64,000 bases of DNA from Squalus acanthias (taxonomy: Eukaryota), in assembly GCA_030390025.1 (NCBI GenBank), contig CM059431.1:127040001-127104000 (forward strand), given 5' to 3'. The translations under genes were made by a program, and so were the position numbers. Shown here piece after piece: positions 58,391 through 64,000 of the stretch. Below the pieces are notes generated by a model. The model was not told the DNA's origin. It searched no databases and saw only the letters and a program-made list of their open reading frames with translations. Positions within the stretch are counted from its first letter, which is position 1. Every line of letters begins with the position of its first letter.

Positions 58391-59620
58391 CTAGAAGTGG
58401 CTTGCTATCAGCTGTTGACGGACGGCCCTTCCAGTTTCTACATTGTGGGCCTCCCTCCCGCCTTGGTGCTGCTGATGATCATCCTCCTCCTCTTCCTCCT
58501 CCTCTTCCTTCTCCTCCTCTGGTGGTGCTCCAAGGCCTGGTGGCATTGGCTGGGTCCTGAGGATTGCCATGTTATGCAGCATGCAGCACACAACCACGAA
58601 GTGGGAAACTCGCTCAGGCGAGTACTACAGGGCTCCTCCAGAATGGTCCAGACAGCGGAATCGTTGCTTCAGCATGCCGATTGTGTGCTCAACGATGTTC
58701 CTGGTAGCTTGATGGCTCTCGTTGTACCGCAGCTCAGCAGGGGTGTTGGGCGTACGGAGCGGTGTCATCAGCCAGGTGCTCAGTGGATATCCCTTGTCCC
58801 CGAGAAGCCAACCAATTGGCTGATGCGGTGCCTGGAAAAGTTCTGCTACAGTAGTCTGGCGCAGGATGAATGCATCGTGGCAGCTGCCAGGATAGTGGGC
58901 ATTGACAGCGAGTATCAGCTGTCTGTGGTCACAGACCAACTGAACGTTTAAGGAATGGAACCCCTTTCTGTTGCGGAAATCCTCGGCATTCTCATGCGGA
59001 GCACGCAAAGCCACATGCGTGCAGTCAATGGCGCCCTGCACCATGGGGAAGCCCGCTATCTTAGCAAAGCCCATTGCGCGTTCTTGCTGCTTGTCTGTGG
59101 TCATGGGGAAAGAGATGTACTCTCGTCTCCTTTTAAAGAGGGCATTTGTGACCTGACGGATGCAGCAATGCACCGCGAACTGGGAGATATTGCCGATGTC
59201 CCCAGTAGCTGATTGAAATGAGCCAGTGGCATAAAAGTTCAGAGCCACTGTGATCTTCACTGCCACCGACAGAGACTACCTGGACCTCAGTTGAGGCTGC
59301 AGATCTGGCTGCAGCAGGTGGCAGAGCTCAGTGACTGCCTCCTTGCTGAAGCGCAGCCTTCACAAACACTGCTCCTCAGACATATTAATATATGTGAATT
59401 GTTGGCGATATACCCTGGGAGGGTAAGGTCTCCTGTACTGAGGCCTGTTGGCCCTCCTCCGTCTGGCCATGATTGCTACTCTCTCTCTGCGTCTCTGTGT
59501 CCTCCAATTCTGGTGGCGCAGGACGATGCCCCCAATCAGTGCAGCCCCCCAAGTCTCTTGGCAATCAAAGTTCTGAAGGTCAAAAACCAAAGTATCTGCA
59601 AAGTTATGATCAGTAGCCAA
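58391..59620 (-). pseudogene. Harbinger (HARBI1-like) DDE transposase with three in-frame stops
   Basis: GAIDCTHV, NRKGFHSLNVQ, PGSCHDAFI, LLGDKGY and VEHTIGMLKQRFRCL. Stops at 59360-62, 59276-78 and 58625-27 with no frameshift. True start uncertain. Confidence 0.92.
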
Positions 59621-62161
59621 AACTACCTCACACAGCGTTGACTCAATGCAGATGTCTCTCTTTCTCTCTCTCCGAATCTATCTCTCTCTCAGAACGAGTG
59701 GTGCAAAAATGTCTACCACAGAGAAAGACAGGAAGAGGCCCCCTTTAAATAGCACCCCCCCCAGCCCCACAGCGACTGGGGAGCGTTCCAGTCTTCCGGT
59801 CGTTTGTTGCACCAGGCCGAAAGGATGGGGGCGCCACTCAATTTCCGCTCCAGGGTGCCACAAGGGAGTTGCACCCTCGTATGACGTCAAGATCTGCGTG
59901 CGCAGGAGATCGGGGCGGTAAAGTTTAGCGCCGCCGCAAACTGTCTAGTTAATTTCGCGAGTGGCGCAAACATCGCTGCGCCCGGGCGCTAGTTGCTTTG
60001 CGCCCCATTAGCGCCCTCTTAATGTGCAACCAACTGAATTTTTCCCCCTATACCTCTATTTATGAAGCCCAGGATTCCGTAAGCCTTTTTAACTGCTTTC
60101 TCAACCTGCCCTGCCACCTTCAACGATTTGTGCACACATACCCCCAGGTCTCTCTGTTCGTGCACCTCCTTCAGGATTGTACCATTTAGTTTAATGTCTT
60201 CTCCTCACTCTTTCTACCAAAATGTATCACTTTTCACTTATCTACGTTAATTTCACCTGCTACGTGTCTGCCCATTTCAAAAGCCTGTCCGTCTTCCTGA
60301 AGTCTCTCACTCTCCTCCTCACTGTTCACTATACGTCCAAGTTTTGTGTCATCTGCAAATTTTGAAATTATGCCCTGTACAACCATGTCCAAGTCATTAA
60401 TATATATCAAGAAAAGCAGTGGTCCTAGAACCAACCGCTGGGGAACACCACTGTATACCTTCCTCCAGTCTGAAAAACAACCGTTCACCACTATTCTCTA
60501 TTTCCTAACACTTAGCTAATTCCATATCCAAGCTGCTGCTGTCCTTTTTATTCCATGAGCTTCAACTTTGCTGGCCAGCCTATTATGTGGCACTTGTTGA
60601 ACGCCTTTTGGAAATCCATGTACACTATGTCAACTGCATTACCCTCATCAACCATCTCTTTACCTCATCAAAGAACTCAATCAAGTTAGTTAAACATGAT
60701 TTGCCTTTAACACATCTGTGCTGGCTTTCCTTAATTAATCCGCACCTATCTAAGTGACTGTTAATTTTGTCCCTGGTTACTGTTTCTAAAAGCTTCCCCA
60801 CTATCGAGGTCAAACTGACTGGCCTGTAGTTGCTGGGTTTATCTTTACACCCTTTTTTGATCAATGGTGTAACATTTGCAATTCTCCAGTCCTCTGGCAC
60901 CACCCCCATATCTAAGGAGGATTGGAATATTATGGCCAGTACCTTCACGATTTTCTCCCTCAATTCCCTCAGCATCCAAGGATGCATCCCATCCGCTCCT
61001 GGTGATTTATCTACTTTAATTACCACCAGTCTTTCTAATACCTCCTCTTTATCAATTTTTATCCTATCAAGTATCTCCACTACCTCCTCCTTCACTATGT
61101 CTATGGCAGCATCCTCTTCCTTGGTGTTGACAGATGCAAAGTACTCATTTAGTACCTCAGCCTTACCCTCTGCCTCCATGCATAGGTCTCCTTTTTGGTC
61201 CCTAATCGGCCCCACTCCTTCGCTTATTACCCTTTTACTATTTATATGCCTATAGAAGACTTTTGGGTTACCTTTTATGTTGGCTGCCATTGTATTCTCA
61301 TACCCTTTCTTTACCCCTCTTATTTTCTTTTTCACTTCTCCTCTGACCTTTCCATATATAGCCTGATTCTCAGATGTATTTGCAACCTGACATCTGTCAT
61401 ACGCGCTCTTTTTCTGCTTCATCATATTCTCCATTTCTTTCGTCATCCAGGATGCCCTGACTTTTGTTGCCCTGCCTTTCTCCCTAGTGGGAATGTACCT
61501 CAACTCTACCTGACTATTTCCTCCTTAAAGGCAGCCCATTGTTCCATTACAGTTTTGCCTGCCAATCTTTGATTCCAGTTTACCCGGGCCAGATCCGTTC
61601 TCATCCCACTGAAATTGGCCTTCCCCCAGTTAAACATTTTTATTCTAGATTGCTCCCTGTCCTTTTCCATAGCTAATCTAAACATTATGAGATTATGATC
61701 ACTGTTCCCTAAATGTTCACCTATTGACACTTGCTCCACTTGACCTATCTCATTCCCCAGAACCAGATCCAGCAATGCCTCTTCCCTCGTCGGGCCAGAA
61801 ACATATTGATCAAAAAAGTTCTCCTGAACACACTTCAGAAATTCTTCCCCTTCTCTGCCTTTAACACTATTAAGATCCCAGTCTATATTAGGATAGTTGA
61901 AGTCCCTCATTATTCCTACTCTATATTTCTTGCACCACTCTGTAATTTCTCTGCAAGTTTGCTCCTCCATATCTTTCCCACTATTTGGTGGTCTATAGAG
62001 TATACCCATAGTGTAATGGCACCTATATTATTTCTTAATGAAGAAAGATTCAGAAAATATTACAATTATTATCTTTTCTGGATTGGATTGCTGACACTCA
62101 TAAGGCTACATAAATCTGTCTGAAATCCTTTGGCTGTATTATATAGATCTAGGTCATGAAC

Positions 62162-63994
62162 TGTAAAGTTTCCAAAATTTGCAGATCCCCAAAAATATCT
62201 AAGGGAAAAAAAAATAAGGACTTTGGAACTTTAAAGGAACATGTCTGGACATGTACTGCACGTGATCTACCTCTGTGAATAGCAGGCTCGAGGATTGCAT
62301 TGTCTGGGAATTCAAAGCCCAGCAAACATTAACATTTGGACAATAGGCCCTGGGAAAAGGCCGCCCCACCCAAAACACAGAACCCATAGGAATGCGAGGC
62401 CCAGCAAGGAACCCAAAACATGAGAACAATGCAAGCTTCCATAATACAACAGCTCAACAGGACGCAAACCATTTGATTTGGTTTAGCATAGTTGAAGGCC
62501 CATCAAAATTTAACAAGACAATGAACAGGCCTCACCTGAAACTCACTTCATTACGAAACCAGTTTTCGTGAGGAGTTTTTGGGGGGGGGGCGAAAAAGGA
62601 CTATAATTGCAGCAGGACCCAAGATTTCTTTCTCTTTTGACTCGCCGACAACGCTGGCACAACGCTCCCTCTCAGCTCTGCCCAGAAGCCGCATGGTAAA
62701 GGAAGACATTCGATGACCAGAATCACCATCAACTTACCTGGCTGGATTTCGTACTGTTAATACCCCTGTTTGGTGAGCATTATCCCTGATCTCCTGAAAC
62801 CGAAACCTAGCTAGATAGTGGGATTTCTGGGAGGGATAAAGGTTTTTCTTGTATATTGTCATTCTCCCTCGCCGGTAACCGTGTGTTCCCCAAACCTGTT
62901 TAAGTGTGAAGTGTGTTTAAGTTTGTTACCTTTTATTTTTAATAAAAGTTATAGGGGGAAAAATTCAGTTGGTTGCGCATCCCGTTAGCGCCTTAAGAGG
63001 GCGCTAATGGGGCGCAAAGCATCTAGTGCCCAGGCACGGCGAAGTTTGCGCCGCTCGCGAAATTAACTAGACATTTTGCAGCGGCGCTAAACACTACCGC
63101 CACGATCTCCTGCGCCGGCAGATCGTGACATCAGTCGAGTGCGCAACGCCCCGGTATCACCCCGGAGCGGATATTGAGTGGCGCCCCCTGCCTTACCGCC
63201 TGACGCTAGCAACGACAGGTTGAGGGGAGCGTTCTGCAGTCATGAAGGGAAAGGGGGAGCGTTATTTAAAGGTGACCGCTTCCTGCCTTTTATTGTTGGT
63301 GCCATTTTTGAACTACGCATTCTGAGAGAGAGAGACAGAGACTTCTGGAGAGATTCAACGTTGTGTGAAGGAATTTTGGGTACTGAGCAGCACTTTGCAG
63401 GTTCATTTTGATTTGCCATTCCTTGCATCGATTTAGAAGAGACTGTGGGGGCTGCACTCTGAGCTCTTTGCCTCGTACTCTCCATTGTTCTTTCCAGCAG
63501 ATTTGATGTGCAGGTCTCTCCAGGCCGAGATTCAAGGCTGCAATGAGCAGGATGTGGATGGAAAGCAAGATTAACCATCCCCTTTAAGAACTGGCCCGTG
63601 CCATTGTGTGTGTGTTCCATTGCTGACTGACATTACATGAGCTTCGCCAGCGCTCTGAGGTAGTGCCTCGCTCCTCGGCCTTTGCGCCTTAAGACAGGTG
63701 TGAAGCGCCTGATTTAGCGCTCCAATCACCTCCAGGGTCGATAAAAGTCAAGTTTGCAGTCGGTGGCGATAATTAGCGCCAGGCGCTAATCTTTACGCCC
63801 GGCCGATAATTGCGCCCCAAATGGGGCGATACTGAATTTCTCCCCCATAGTTCTTTAATCGGAATCTGTTGTCTACTGCATCTTTATTCACAACCCCTAA
63901 ATAAGTCCAAGTTTTGAACCTGGGGCGTGGGAGCGATTTGAACCGCTCACTGAGTCAGGGGAAAGGCTGACCCCTACCACCACCACCCCCTACA
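62162..63994 (+). mobile_element. Solo LTR (~937 bp net) interrupted by a Harbinger derivative
   Basis: TGTA...TACA termini with 4-bp TSD GAAC (62158-62161 and 63995-63998). TATAA at ~62602 and AATAAA at 62941. Confidence 0.75.
62954..63846 (-). mobile_element. Non-autonomous 893-bp relative of the 55983-60048 Harbinger, inverted
   Basis: Same TIRs and several hundred bp of homologous subterminal sequence; TSD ATA. Confidence 0.92.
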
Positions 63995-64000
63995 GAACAA

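Larger units (their letters stand above)
55983..60048. mobile_element. Full-length two-gene PIF/Harbinger transposon (4066 bp)
   Basis: TIRs GGGGGAGAAATTCAGT / ACTGAATTTTTCCCCC, 3-bp TSD TAT, and convergent Myb/SANT and transposase genes. Confidence 0.95.
55376..62035 (-). mobile_element. CR1 LINE split by the Harbinger at 55983-60048
   Basis: ORFs 61506-62009, 60625-61503 and 60234-60491 (FADD), then IEYKS...RPQLEYCVQFW on the far side of the insertion. Flanks rejoin as TTTGTACTC-TAT-ACCTCTATT. Confidence 0.92.

Noticed and set aside
58298..58951. 217-aa plus-strand ORF with a hydrophobic stretch
   Set aside because: It is antisense to the transposase; the Leu/Phe run mirrors the poly-Glu codons.
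1..64000. CRISPR arrays, operons or other prokaryotic systems
   Set aside because: The sequence is vertebrate repeat DNA with spliceosomal introns, and no repeat-spacer arrays were seen.

Overview
This is eukaryotic, repeat-dense DNA, almost certainly from a cartilaginous fish (HE1-type V-SINE, shark-type CR1/L2 LINEs, many PIF/Harbinger elements). No host protein-coding gene could be supported. The centrepiece is a very young, nearly intact 13.1-kb endogenous retrovirus-like provirus on the minus strand (8609-21726). It has ~1.64-kb LTRs differing by about 6 substitutions and one 10-bp indel, a 4-bp AGAT TSD, and an 18-nt tRNA-Arg(TCG) PBS that overlaps the gag ATG. Gag carries overlapping PSAP/PPxY late domains and is joined in frame to pol by a UGA-CUAG readthrough signal. 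Pol has a degenerate tether plus a second RNase H. Env is an F-type (paramyxo/baculo-like) fusion protein with an apparent immunoglobulin domain in its N-terminal subunit. This architecture fits a lokiretrovirus-like lineage. Only two lesions are visible: a TGG>TGA in integrase and a SINE inserted in env. The provirus sits inside a Harbinger transposase gene. The rest of the window is nested TEs: a full-length two-gene Harbinger with an intact spliced Myb/SANT gene, Harbinger MITEs with 3-bp TSDs, solo LTRs, a Gypsy 5' fragment, and CR1/L2 LINE and SINE fragments. All alignments were done by eye; no database searches were run.
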